From positions 340,550-404,549 of the forward strand of contig JAQUSJ010000001.1 in NCBI GenBank assembly GCA_028715175.1: a DNA stretch of 64,000 nucleotides, read 5' to 3'. This document shows positions 40,126-49,588 of the stretch, one piece after another. Within the stretch, counting starts at the first letter, position 1. Each line of letters starts with the position of its first letter. The translations under genes and the position numbers were made by a program. The notes below the pieces were generated by a model that was not told the origin of the DNA, did no database searches, and saw only the letters and a program-made list of their open reading frames with translations. The stretch comes from Candidatus Daviesbacteria bacterium (GTDB lineage Bacteria > Patescibacteriota > Microgenomatia > Daviesbacterales > UBA10151).

Positions 40126-40332
40126 ATGAAATTAGTGCTTGTATTAATACTATTTTGGGTTTTAGTTTTTCCAAAGAATGCAAATGCCTATCTTGATCCG
40201 GGGAGTGGTAGCTATATCATTTTTAATGAATACTTTGTGGAACAACTTCCTTTACTTGAAGACATAAGCTATGCGCAAGTAAGGTACCGTACACCTTATA
40301 ATGTTTTTAATGTGACAAATTTAATGAAATGA
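40126..40332 (+). CDS. Small hypothetical secreted peptide (68 aa, signal-peptide-like N-terminus)
   Basis: ORF only, 'MKLVLVLILFWVLVFPKNANA' followed by a mature region of about 47 aa. Sits between convergent genes directly upstream of a strong terminator hairpin. Confidence 0.25.
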   Translation: MKLVLVLILFWVLVFPKNANAYLDPGSGSYIIFNEYFVEQLPLLEDISYAQVRYRTPYNVFNVTNLMK

Positions 40333-40355
40333 TTATTAGTATCTAAAAATAGCTT

Positions 40356-40390
40356 AAGAGAGTATCTTAGTAAGATACTCTCTTCTTTTT
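40356..40390. terminator. Bidirectional rho-independent terminator (14-bp perfect stem AAGAGAGTATCTTA/TAAGATACTCTCTT then T-tract)
   Basis: Perfect inverted repeat at 40356-40369 and 40371-40384, followed by CTTTTT on the + strand and an A/T-rich run on the other side. Lies between the convergent genes 40126..40332(+) and 40409..41086(-). Confidence 0.6.
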
Positions 40391-40408
40391 ATCGGAGAAA
40401 ACAGCTTT

Positions 40409-41086
40409 CTATATATCTTTGTACTTCTGAGCGATAATTGCTTGCCCCATGGGCATGATTTTAAAATAACTTCCATCCCATTTGTATTGTATTAGTTTAA
40501 ATCCATTTTTCTCCAAAATTTTTCTTAAAGTGTTTTTTGTAAAAAATCGGATATGAGGAGTAGTCGGATCGAAATAAGTCTCAAAATAAAGTAGAGATAT
40601 AACGATTCTTTTGAGCAAATTGAAGTCAACAGTTGTTATTCCCAAGAAACCTCCCATTTTTAAAATTCTGTTAAGCTCTTGGAACATTTTTTCCGTATCT
40701 ACGATATGTTCCACAATTTCAAATGCAAAAATTGAATCGAAAGTTTTATCTTTGAAAGGCAGGTTTATAATGGATCCTGTTTTGAACTTTGCTTTGTTTG
40801 ATAATCTATTTTCCTTTGCCCTTTGAATGCATTTTTTTATGGCTGTTTGTGACAAATCTATGCCGTCAACCTGCCGGACATTTGCCATTGTTGCTATATG
40901 AAGCGCAAAATCACCCTGTCCGCATCCCGCGTCAAGAACTCTGCCGTTAATTGCTTTTCCATAAAATTCCACTCTTTTTTTAAGATTTTCCCTCCAATCA
41001 GGCAGCCCATGAAAGATATTTTCTTTTCCCAAATCTTCCTTCCAAAATTTCTCATAATATTCGGCTTCCTGATTTTTTATTTTCAT
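40409..41086 (-). CDS. Class I SAM-dependent methyltransferase
   Basis: 'VLDAGCGQGDFAL' motif I. Confidence 0.7.
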   Translation of the reverse strand: MKIKNQEAEYYEKFWKEDLGKENIFHGLPDWRENLKKRVEFYGKAINGRVLDAGCGQGDFALHIATMANVRQVDGIDLSQTAIKKCIQRAKENRLSNKAKFKTGSIINLPFKDKTFDSIFAFEIVEHIVDTEKMFQELNRILKMGGFLGITTVDFNLLKRIVISLLYFETYFDPTTPHIRFFTKNTLRKILEKNGFKLIQYKWDGSYFKIMPMGQAIIAQKYKDI

Positions 41087-41183
41087 AAGATTATCTTTTT
41101 AAGATTCTTAATTGTTCAGATTTTAGTTGAAGGTTTTATTAGAAGTCAAGTTAGTGTATTATCTTTGTTGAATTTACATAGAT

Positions 41184-42383
41184 ATGGAGAATAAGATATT
41201 CATTTTTGCCTTAGCCGCTCATGGACAAGGTATTTCCGGGGGAGACAGAATTTTTATCGAATTTGCAAGAAGATGGAGTAAAAAAATTCCTATTTCTATT
41301 TTTGTTTGGGAAGAAGGATACCGAATGTGCCAGAGGCAAGATTTAGACGTATCAAGTACCATGTATTATGTATCAAGCATGAATCCTTGGAAGCATCTAG
41401 GGTTTATCATAAATTATTTGGCATGCATAGTTGAAGGCGTAAAGATAGGACTAACTTTAAAAGTAGAGAACTCTAGCAATACAATTGTTTATTCGGCCTC
41501 AGAATTTTGGATGGATTCACTACCGGCTCTTTTTTTGAAACTGCGATGTTCTAAAATAAGATGGGTAGCGGCTTGGTTTCAAACTGCACCAAATCTTTGG
41601 ATGGGTTTTACAGAAGGAAAAAGGGAAGAAAGATACAGGTCAAAAGCTTTAATTTATTTTCTAATTCAGTTTCCAATAAAATTTTTTATTAATAAATTTG
41701 CTGATTTTGTTTTAGTAAATAATGAGGAAGAAAAAAAACAATTCCCGGCTTTTGATAAGAGAGGGAAGGCAATAGTTGTTTTAGGTGCAGTAAATATTAA
41801 AGAAATTGAAAAATGGAGGCTAAAATTTAAGAATTTAACCAAAGTTTACGACGGAGTTTTTCAAGGGAGATTTCATCCTCAAAAAGGAACTTTGGAATTA
41901 ATAGATATCTGGAAGTTGGTTGTAAGTCAAAAGAAAGATGCGAAATTAGTAATGATTGGGGATGGCCCATTGATGAAGAAAGTAAAAATAAAAATTAAAG
42001 ATGAAAAATTGGAAAATAATATTATTTTGACAGGGTATTTGTTTGATGGTGAGGAAAAGTATCGAATTTTTTCTCAAAGCAAGATTGTAGTACACCCTGC
42101 CTTTTATGATTCCGGAGGGATGGCAGCTGCCGAGGCTATGGCTTTTGGATTACCTGCAGTAGGTTTTAACCTAAAATCATTTGAATCGTATTATCCTCAG
42201 GGAATGATTAAGGTACAAATAGGTAATCTTGAAGATTTTGCAAGTAAGATATTAGATTTATTGAACAACGAAGTTAAAAGAAAAAGAGTTGGAAATAATG
42301 CTTTAGATATGATAAATCAAAAATGGTCTTGGGACATGAGAGCCCAAGAGATCCTGGGTAGATTGATGCCTATATGTATATAA
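41184..42383 (+). CDS. Glycosyltransferase family 4
   Basis: 'DSGGMAAAEAMAFGLPAVGFN' GT4 motif. Confidence 0.8.
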   Translation: MENKIFIFALAAHGQGISGGDRIFIEFARRWSKKIPISIFVWEEGYRMCQRQDLDVSSTMYYVSSMNPWKHLGFIINYLACIVEGVKIGLTLKVENSSNTIVYSASEFWMDSLPALFLKLRCSKIRWVAAWFQTAPNLWMGFTEGKREERYRSKALIYFLIQFPIKFFINKFADFVLVNNEEEKKQFPAFDKRGKAIVVLGAVNIKEIEKWRLKFKNLTKVYDGVFQGRFHPQKGTLELIDIWKLVVSQKKDAKLVMIGDGPLMKKVKIKIKDEKLENNIILTGYLFDGEEKYRIFSQSKIVVHPAFYDSGGMAAAEAMAFGLPAVGFNLKSFESYYPQGMIKVQIGNLEDFASKILDLLNNEVKRKRVGNNALDMINQKWSWDMRAQEILGRLMPICI

Positions 42384-42405
42384 TCAAGTTAAAGTAAACA
42401 AAATT

Positions 42406-43998
42406 ATGAAAAAAGATATGGTTGGAGTGTCAGCGGTTATTCCTAGTTTTAACTGTAAAAATAATCTATTTAGATTATTAGATACTTTAAAAAAATCCAG
42501 CTATAAAAATCTGGAAGTAATAGCTGTTGATAATGGTTCCAGAGATAATACTTTATCGGAAGGTATGAAAAAGTATAAATGGGTGAAGTGGGTAGATGCC
42601 GGGGGAAGAAATATCGGTCAGACCGGTTGCTATAACTTAGGAATGGCTTATATTAAAAAGGGGAATCATTTTCTTTATGTAGATTCTGATGTAACCGTGG
42701 AAAAAGAAATGGTTCAAAACTTAGTCACAAAGCTGAACTCTGATTTGAAAATCGGAATTGTCACACCAATGATTCTTTACCTTTCTGATAAGAATTGGGT
42801 TAATCAAGCAGGCGCTTATGTTGATCTTACTACCGGTAAAGTTACAGTAGGCTGGGGATCCAAGAAAAATTTCTTAGAGCCGAAAGAGGTTCAGAATTCC
42901 GGGACCGTAATGTTGATTAGGAATGAAGTTGTAGAAAAAATCGGCGGTTTTGATAACTGGTTTTTGTGTTATTTTGATCCGGATTATTGTTTAAGGGCAA
43001 AAAAAGTAGGCTATGAAATTTGGTATGAACCTAGCGCAGTCTGTTATCATGATCAATCAAAGAATCCTGCTGTTTGGCGGCCTAGGGTATTAAGCAGGGC
43101 TTATTTATTAGGCAGAAACAGAACGCTTTTCATGAGAAGGCACGGAAAGGTTTTTTCAACGTATGTGCTATTTTTACCATTCCTGTTTGGATATTATTTT
43201 GTTGAAGCTGCCAAATTTGGAATTTTTAATAAATGGTTGGAATTAGTGTTAGGTACATTGGTGGGTTTTGTTTATCCTTTAAAAAAAGGAAATTATATAA
43301 CTTTACCGAAAGGAGAAAATTATCCTTCATTTAGTGTCCCAAAAGAAAATTTATTACAAAAGATAACGGTTAAAACTCCATTTTCTTGGAGTTGGTTATT
43401 ACGTAAATTAATTGGAGATCCAAAGACCGTGTTAGATATTGGTTGCGGGGATGGGGCATTAATGAGAACTCTTTCTAAAGAGAAAAATTGGAAAATAGTT
43501 GGTATAGATATTTTTAAAGATTCAGTTATAAAGGCTAAAACTTTAGGCGTGTATGATTCAATTATACAAGGAGATGTCATTGAAGTTTTAAAAAAAATGA
43601 TAACCCAGAGGAATCGTTTTAATACAGTTTTTTGCTCCCAATTAATTGAACATCTAAGCAAAAAAGAGGGGAATAGACTATTGGATTTAATGGATCAACT
43701 TGCTTTGGAAAGAATAGTTGTAACTACACCCAGAGGTTTTGTGGAACAGCGCGAAGAATTTTTAGGTAATAACCACCATCAGCATCATAAATCCGGATGG
43801 ATGATTGAGGATTTTGTATCCAGAGGATATAAAGTCTATGGTTTGGGTCTTTCAGCGGTTTGGAGATATAGTAAGCTAGGTCTGAGTAAGGCAAGAATAC
43901 CTTTTATCTCGTTAGTATCTTACTTAATGTCGCCATTAGTTTATTTTATCCCAGCATTAGGAGAAGGAATTTTGGCTGTTAAAAAAATAAAAAAATGA
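42406..43998 (+). CDS. Bifunctional GT2 glycosyltransferase (N-terminal) + class I SAM methyltransferase (C-terminal) fusion
   Basis: N-terminus 'VSAVIPSFNCKNNL...VDNGSRDNT' and 'VDSDV' DxD. C-terminus 'VLDIGCGDGALM', about 50% identical to the downstream standalone MTase. Confidence 0.7.
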   Translation: MKKDMVGVSAVIPSFNCKNNLFRLLDTLKKSSYKNLEVIAVDNGSRDNTLSEGMKKYKWVKWVDAGGRNIGQTGCYNLGMAYIKKGNHFLYVDSDVTVEKEMVQNLVTKLNSDLKIGIVTPMILYLSDKNWVNQAGAYVDLTTGKVTVGWGSKKNFLEPKEVQNSGTVMLIRNEVVEKIGGFDNWFLCYFDPDYCLRAKKVGYEIWYEPSAVCYHDQSKNPAVWRPRVLSRAYLLGRNRTLFMRRHGKVFSTYVLFLPFLFGYYFVEAAKFGIFNKWLELVLGTLVGFVYPLKKGNYITLPKGENYPSFSVPKENLLQKITVKTPFSWSWLLRKLIGDPKTVLDIGCGDGALMRTLSKEKNWKIVGIDIFKDSVIKAKTLGVYDSIIQGDVIEVLKKMITQRNRFNTVFCSQLIEHLSKKEGNRLLDLMDQLALERIVVTTPRGFVEQREEFLGNNHHQHHKSGWMIEDFVSRGYKVYGLGLSAVWRYSKLGLSKARIPFISLVSYLMSPLVYFIPALGEGILAVKKIKK

Positions 43999-44657
43999 AG
44001 ATAATTGATATTTTAAAACTTAACCTACCCTTTTCTTATATGGGTGTTTTAAGGAATTCTATTGGAAATCCAAAAACAGTATTAGATCTCGGTTGTGGAG
44101 AGGGGACATTAATGCAGTTTGTTTCCGATGGAAAAAACTGGCAGATTACAGGTATCGAGATATATAAAAAAGCCATTGATGTTGCCCGTAAACGCAATGC
44201 TTATTATAAATTAATACAAGGTGACTTATTAAAGACAATCAAAAATAATCTTAAGTCTAAATATGACGTTGTATTTTTTTCCCAAGTAATTGAACATGTG
44301 ACAAGGAGCCAAGGAGAAAAAATATTAGATGAAATTGAAAAATTGGCAAAAAAAAGAATTATTGTAGGAACTCCGAGAGGATTCATGGAGCAGCCTCATG
44401 AATTTTTAGATGGTAATCCTCATCAGGTGCATAAATCTGGTTGGAGCATTGAGGATTTTACTTCAAGAGGATATGAAGTTTATGGAATAGGATTTTGGCC
44501 AATTTGGTCTCATCATGGTTTAGGAAGAAATGCCAGTTTTTTTACAATGATTCTATCAAATGTAATTTCCTATCTAATGTCGCCAATTGTATATTTTTTC
44601 CCGGTTCTCGGGGCAGGTATCATAGCAATAAAAAATAAAGAGAAAAAAAATGACTAA
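43995..44657 (+). CDS. Class I SAM-dependent methyltransferase (paralog of the C-terminal domain of 42406..43998; hydrophobic C-terminal tail)
   Basis: 'VLDLGCGEGTLM'. 'HQVHKSGWSIEDFTSRGYEVYGIG' and the tail 'YLMSPIVYFFPVLGAGIIAIK' mirror the upstream fusion protein. Confidence 0.7.
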   Translation: MKIIDILKLNLPFSYMGVLRNSIGNPKTVLDLGCGEGTLMQFVSDGKNWQITGIEIYKKAIDVARKRNAYYKLIQGDLLKTIKNNLKSKYDVVFFSQVIEHVTRSQGEKILDEIEKLAKKRIIVGTPRGFMEQPHEFLDGNPHQVHKSGWSIEDFTSRGYEVYGIGFWPIWSHHGLGRNASFFTMILSNVISYLMSPIVYFFPVLGAGIIAIKNKEKKND

Positions 44658-45708
44658 AAAATCAGCCAACCCCCCCCTCGTATCTGTAGTCATAGCAAAC
44701 TATAATGGTGAAGCCTATTTGGATACTTGTTTAACATCAGTCTTGAATTCTTACGATTCCTTTTCAGAAATATTAATAATTGACGATGGATCAACGGATA
44801 GAAGTATAGAAATCATTCAAGATTTTAAAAAAAAAGATGATCGCATTTTTTTATTAAAGAATGAAAAAAATATGGGAGCAGCAGCCAGTAGAAATAATGC
44901 CTTGGATAAAGTTAGAGGGGATATTATAGTTTTTCTTGATAATGATACAGAGATTAAAAAAGATTCTATAATGCAGCTTATAAAACCTTTAATAGAGGAT
45001 GAAACAGTTGGTGCAGCACAAGCATTATTGATAGATTTTGAAAATAGAAAGCTAGTCCAGATGGCCGGCGGCCACTTAATTCCTCAAGCAATTTGGTTGA
45101 TGGGTTTTTATGAAAAACAAGAATACAAGAAAGTAAAACACAGAGTACGTCTTACCAATATTATTGCAATTTCTGCAGCACTGGCAGTAAAAAAAGAAGT
45201 TATTGACAAGATCGGATATTTTGATAGCAAGGAGGCGGTTTATACTGAAGATTTAGATTTTTGTTGGAGAATTTGGATTGCAGGATATCGGATAGTTCTT
45301 GCACATAAATCTATAATTTATCATTACACTAAATCGATTACCAAAAGAGCTAATATGGGGGCAAATAAATTTAATATTTATTTTCAACTTGCTAAGAATT
45401 CATTTAGATCAATTATTAAAAACTACGAATTTATCAATACTGTTAGATTTTTACCGACTAGTCTTTTTGTAAATTTAGCGCGAGCAGTTTTAGTTCTTTT
45501 AAGGAGAGGTGATTTATCTGCTTTATCTGCTACCATTTACAGCATCTGGTGGAATTGTAAGAATCTGCCTGATACATTGCATAATCGTACAGAAATTCAG
45601 AGAACCAGAAAGTTTAGTGATAAGAAAATTTTAAATGAGGTTTTTGTTAATGGTAGTTTATTGGATATATACGATAGGAATTACAAGAGTTCAAAACTAC
45701 TATGGTAA
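44650..45708 (+). CDS. Glycosyltransferase family 2
   Basis: 'VSVVIANYNGEAYL...IIDDGSTDRS', 'LDNDT'. Confidence 0.75.
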   Translation: MTKKSANPPLVSVVIANYNGEAYLDTCLTSVLNSYDSFSEILIIDDGSTDRSIEIIQDFKKKDDRIFLLKNEKNMGAAASRNNALDKVRGDIIVFLDNDTEIKKDSIMQLIKPLIEDETVGAAQALLIDFENRKLVQMAGGHLIPQAIWLMGFYEKQEYKKVKHRVRLTNIIAISAALAVKKEVIDKIGYFDSKEAVYTEDLDFCWRIWIAGYRIVLAHKSIIYHYTKSITKRANMGANKFNIYFQLAKNSFRSIIKNYEFINTVRFLPTSLFVNLARAVLVLLRRGDLSALSATIYSIWWNCKNLPDTLHNRTEIQRTRKFSDKKILNEVFVNGSLLDIYDRNYKSSKLLW

Positions 45709-48700
45709 AAAAATTAGATAAATTCCCCATACTTTTTTTCCTGTTTCTTTCCGGAATATTAATATTTTGTTGGTTTAGGTTTGGACTGATGTATGGTGGG
45801 GGAGACACCGGTTTACCTACATACAATCCTCTTTTTACAGCCACCAAGATTGCCAGTAATATCTGGTGGGACTCGTTGGCTCCGGGCATTCCGGTGGCTC
45901 AGGGATTAACCTCGGTTCCGATGCTTTTTCTCTTATCTATCCCCCAGGTATTGGGAGCAAGTCCTGTTGTTATCCAGGCATTGCTGTTTTTTGTGCTTCT
46001 TTTTTTGATGGGTTATGGTATGCACCTTCTGGCTTTGAGTATTTTTGGGAAGCCTAATTATCTTTTAGCTATTTCAGCTGGAGTGTTCTATTTATTTAAT
46101 CCTTATATGATGATTCAGATTTGGCACCGTTTTATTCACAATTCTATGTTTTTTGTGGCTTTTTTGCCTTTTTTGATAATGACTTGGCTATGGTGGATTA
46201 GAAAACGTAGTCCTGTATGTCTATTATTATTCCTTCTGGTGAATTTTTTAGCTGTTTATGTATATGGAACGATTGCCTTTATAGTTCCTGTTTGGACACT
46301 GCTTTTTTTCTTAACTTTACTGGAAGGAGTGGTGCCCTGGAAAGGAAGGAAGAATGCCTTAAGGTTGCTTCTGGCTTTTTTAATTGGTTGTTTTTTTTGG
46401 CTGTTAACCAATAGTTGGTGGCTTATACCTACTTTTAGTGTAAGCCCAGCTCTATTTGCTTCAGTGCATACTACAGATGGCAGTTTAAATACTTTAATGT
46501 CGCTAAGTAATTCATCCATATTGCCTTACACCCTAAGACTTGTTAATCCTTTTTATCTTTACTGGCTTGCTGATTGGGGGAGCATCTATCAAAATCCAAT
46601 TTTCCTGATCATATCTTGGTTGTTTGTACCGGTAGTATTTATTGGTTTTATCAGGGGTTTAAAACAGACACAATATGTGGTATGGAGTCTGCTTCTCTTG
46701 GTAGTAATTTATCTTTCCAAAGGAGCAGCTCCGCCCTTTAATTTTCCCTACATATGGGGATTCTCCCATTTTTTCCCCTTAGGAGTTATCAGGAATCCTT
46801 TTGAAAAGCTGGGAATTATACTACCTCTTGTTTATGCAATTTTATTCTCCGTAGGGTTGCAATATTTGCTTATCACTTCAATCAAATTTATTGGTAAATC
46901 CAAAACCTATTTCCTTTTGATAATTTTTATTTGCCTCCATATGGCTTTTTTCTGGCCTATGTTTGCAGGGAAGTTATTTGGTACTATGGAGAAACAGAAT
47001 TTTGTGGAAGTCCCCCCAAGTTATACGGAAGCCAATAATTGGATTAAACAGGACCTTTCAGGTACAGCGGAAGGTAGAATTTTACATTTACCACTCCCTA
47101 GGTCAGAAAGCGTTACTTACAACTGGGGGTATGGCTACAACGGAGTAGAACCATCTGCCGCTATATTTACCGCACTGCCTTCCATAGCCAGGGGACTGGA
47201 TATTCCCGGGGTCAATGATGCTCTATCAGGACTTTCCCTTATATTTCATAAACCATATGCTGAAAATAATCAGTTTGTTATTTTAAAGATGCTGCAGGAT
47301 TTTAATGTTAAATACATTATTTTACATAAGGATATCCGGTGGTTAGGAGGAGAGCTCTATAATCCTCTGGAAACTGAAACAGTTCTTGATAACTTAGACT
47401 TCCTGGATCGGGAAACAACCTTTGGAGACCTGACCATCTACAAACTAAAGGATTCCTATTTTAGCCCAAAGATAAAATTAATAAATAATATCCAATATTA
47501 TATCTCACCGGAAAACAACACTTATTGGCCTTTGTGGTTGTCCTCTGATAATGTTGAGCTGCTATCTTCCTTAAAGACTGATACAAAAAATCTACTTATT
47601 AAATATGGAACGGAGATGATAGTATCTCCGGAAATTGTTTTTAAATATATACCTCAAGAAGTAATTAGAGAAAAATTATTAGTAGAAATGCCAGTTGTTA
47701 GAATTTTACCTGATTCTCCACTTTATCCATCTGTAAGATTAAAAGAAAATCTTCAATATTCTAGCTTACCGGCAGTTGAGAAATTTTCTTTTAAGGTAAC
47801 CTTAGCTGGTAAGAGATTAATTGAATGTTATCTTCTTAAAGAAAAAGGATCAGCTAAATCGATCATACCGCAACTTAGGGAATATCAACAAATGTTGCCA
47901 GAAATTAAGGAAGGAGTAGAGCTGAGAGTAAGTGGAAAGGAAGGTGTAAAAGAGATTTCCATTAATTTTATTTTAGCCCGTCATCTGGCTACCCTCAAAC
48001 TTATTGGGGAGAAAACTAATAATCAAGAAAAAATAGTCGCTGAAGAAGTTTTTAATAAATTAATTAATTTCCTTAAGGATACTAATGTTGTTCCGAATTC
48101 TTCTATAATAGAAGGAGAGAATTTACCTAATGTTGATCGCTTAATATCAAAATTCAATCTTCCATTTTCGGGTAAATATGAATTATTGCAAGCTCATCAG
48201 CAAATTAAGAATATTTATCCAAACAAGCTAGATACAAATAGGTTTCAGATAAATAACGAATTAAAGAAGTCCACAGGATCGCTTAAGGGTGATTTTATAT
48301 CCTATGGATTATTTGATTTGCCCGAAGGGTTTAATGAGATAAGTTTTAACTCTATTCCTTCAATCAATTTAGCTAAAATTACAGACAGTTTCACAAAAGG
48401 GAATGTGAAAAAAGCCAACGATGAGATTGAACTTAACTCAGGCTTGCATGACTCAAGTTATATAGATATAAATGTAGATCCCGTTTATGGAGGAAATTGG
48501 TATCGACTAACTTTTGACTCTTGGATTAAATTAGGTAATAGATTTAGAATTCAAATTCTTCAGGATATAGATCCTTATAATCCTATAAATCCAACAGAGA
48601 AATTGCCTCTTTACGATAGTGATTTTTCTAAAGATCCTTATATCAACCATTGGGTGAGTCAAACGTATAATTTTCATATTAGTCCTACAACTACAAAAGT

Positions 48701-49235
48701 TATTATACGCTTAGAGGTTGAACCTTGGGATGGCTGTACAGTTACTCAAAGTTCCAAGAAGTTATGTATGAATAAAGATTTTAGTTATCAATTTGAACGA
48801 TTAAGTCAAGTGACGTTAAGAAATATAAGAGTAGTTACATTTTTAACTAATCCGCTATTTTTACAATCAAAATTATCAGAACCAATTAATACATTTGCGG
48901 GAGAAATTAACTTTATTCAAAAAAATATTGTTTCTTATTCAGGAAAAGTAAGAATAAGCAAGTCCACATGGATGTTATTTAAGGAATCATTTGACCCCGG
49001 TTGGGAATTGTCGCTTATAAGAAATAAAGAGATTTACAAACCTAGCCAACATTTGATTGCTAATTTATTTGCTAATGTATGGCTTATTGAGCAACCGGGC
49101 GATTATGATTTTGTTTTAAAATATAGTCCTCAAAAGTTTATTAAAGTAGGTATGGTATTTGCTGGTTTAGGATTGGTTATAGTTTTAATATTTGTAGTGG
49201 GATATAATTTTCGAAGACTAATTTTCAAGAAATGA
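45702..49235 (+). CDS. Giant AftD/DUF3367-like GT-C membrane glycosyltransferase candidate (1177 aa), copy A of a duplicated pair
   Basis: N-terminal polytopic domain with 'GGGDTGLPTYNPLF...NIWWDSLAPGIP' and 'IRNPFEKLG' motifs, large C-terminal ectodomain, terminal TM helix. The first ~530 codons are nucleotide-identical to 49589..52615. Confidence 0.55.
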   Translation: MVKKLDKFPILFFLFLSGILIFCWFRFGLMYGGGDTGLPTYNPLFTATKIASNIWWDSLAPGIPVAQGLTSVPMLFLLSIPQVLGASPVVIQALLFFVLLFLMGYGMHLLALSIFGKPNYLLAISAGVFYLFNPYMMIQIWHRFIHNSMFFVAFLPFLIMTWLWWIRKRSPVCLLLFLLVNFLAVYVYGTIAFIVPVWTLLFFLTLLEGVVPWKGRKNALRLLLAFLIGCFFWLLTNSWWLIPTFSVSPALFASVHTTDGSLNTLMSLSNSSILPYTLRLVNPFYLYWLADWGSIYQNPIFLIISWLFVPVVFIGFIRGLKQTQYVVWSLLLLVVIYLSKGAAPPFNFPYIWGFSHFFPLGVIRNPFEKLGIILPLVYAILFSVGLQYLLITSIKFIGKSKTYFLLIIFICLHMAFFWPMFAGKLFGTMEKQNFVEVPPSYTEANNWIKQDLSGTAEGRILHLPLPRSESVTYNWGYGYNGVEPSAAIFTALPSIARGLDIPGVNDALSGLSLIFHKPYAENNQFVILKMLQDFNVKYIILHKDIRWLGGELYNPLETETVLDNLDFLDRETTFGDLTIYKLKDSYFSPKIKLINNIQYYISPENNTYWPLWLSSDNVELLSSLKTDTKNLLIKYGTEMIVSPEIVFKYIPQEVIREKLLVEMPVVRILPDSPLYPSVRLKENLQYSSLPAVEKFSFKVTLAGKRLIECYLLKEKGSAKSIIPQLREYQQMLPEIKEGVELRVSGKEGVKEISINFILARHLATLKLIGEKTNNQEKIVAEEVFNKLINFLKDTNVVPNSSIIEGENLPNVDRLISKFNLPFSGKYELLQAHQQIKNIYPNKLDTNRFQINNELKKSTGSLKGDFISYGLFDLPEGFNEISFNSIPSINLAKITDSFTKGNVKKANDEIELNSGLHDSSYIDINVDPVYGGNWYRLTFDSWIKLGNRFRIQILQDIDPYNPINPTEKLPLYDSDFSKDPYINHWVSQTYNFHISPTTTKVIIRLEVEPWDGCTVTQSSKKLCMNKDFSYQFERLSQVTLRNIRVVTFLTNPLFLQSKLSEPINTFAGEINFIQKNIVSYSGKVRISKSTWMLFKESFDPGWELSLIRNKEIYKPSQHLIANLFANVWLIEQPGDYDFVLKYSPQKFIKVGMVFAGLGLVIVLIFVVGYNFRRLIFKK
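45755..47335. repeat. Direct repeat copy 1 (1581 bp, apparently 100% identical to 49639..51219; offset 3884 bp)
   Basis: Side-by-side comparison of several sequence stretches (e.g. 45781-45900 vs 49665-49784; 47101-47160 vs 50985-51044). The internal shadow ORFs in the six-frame track are also identical. Identity breaks at 47336 (CCGGTGG vs TGATTGG). Confidence 0.85.
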
Positions 49236-49576
49236 GAAGTCGTATCTATTCAATATTAAAGTCAGTTCTTTTTTTTACTATCTCCTTTGTTGTATTTTAT
49301 ATTCTTGAATATGGATTTACTTTTAATCTGTGGGATAAGTTATTAAGTCCTTTTTTACTTTCAGGGCTTATGATAGTAATGTTTTTAAAACCTAGCACTA
49401 AGCGGTGTATGCTAGTTTTGGTTGGTGTTTGTTTCGTAATAATGATTTTGGCATACTTTTTTAATTTTCTAGATTTTTCTAATAGGCTTAGCAGTTTCGG
49501 ATTTAGTCTGTTGATAGTGACAATTTTTTTGTATCTTCCCCAAATTATCAAAGAAGGTTATATCAAAAAATTCTAA
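49232..49576 (+). CDS. Small 4-TM membrane protein (114 aa), possibly a GtrA-like flippase accessory
   Basis: Hydrophobicity pattern only. Sits between the duplicated giant genes with an ATGA start overlap. Confidence 0.4.
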   Translation: MRSRIYSILKSVLFFTISFVVFYILEYGFTFNLWDKLLSPFLLSGLMIVMFLKPSTKRCMLVLVGVCFVIMILAYFFNFLDFSNRLSSFGFSLLIVTIFLYLPQIIKEGYIKKF

Positions 49577-49588
49577 CTGATATTGAGA

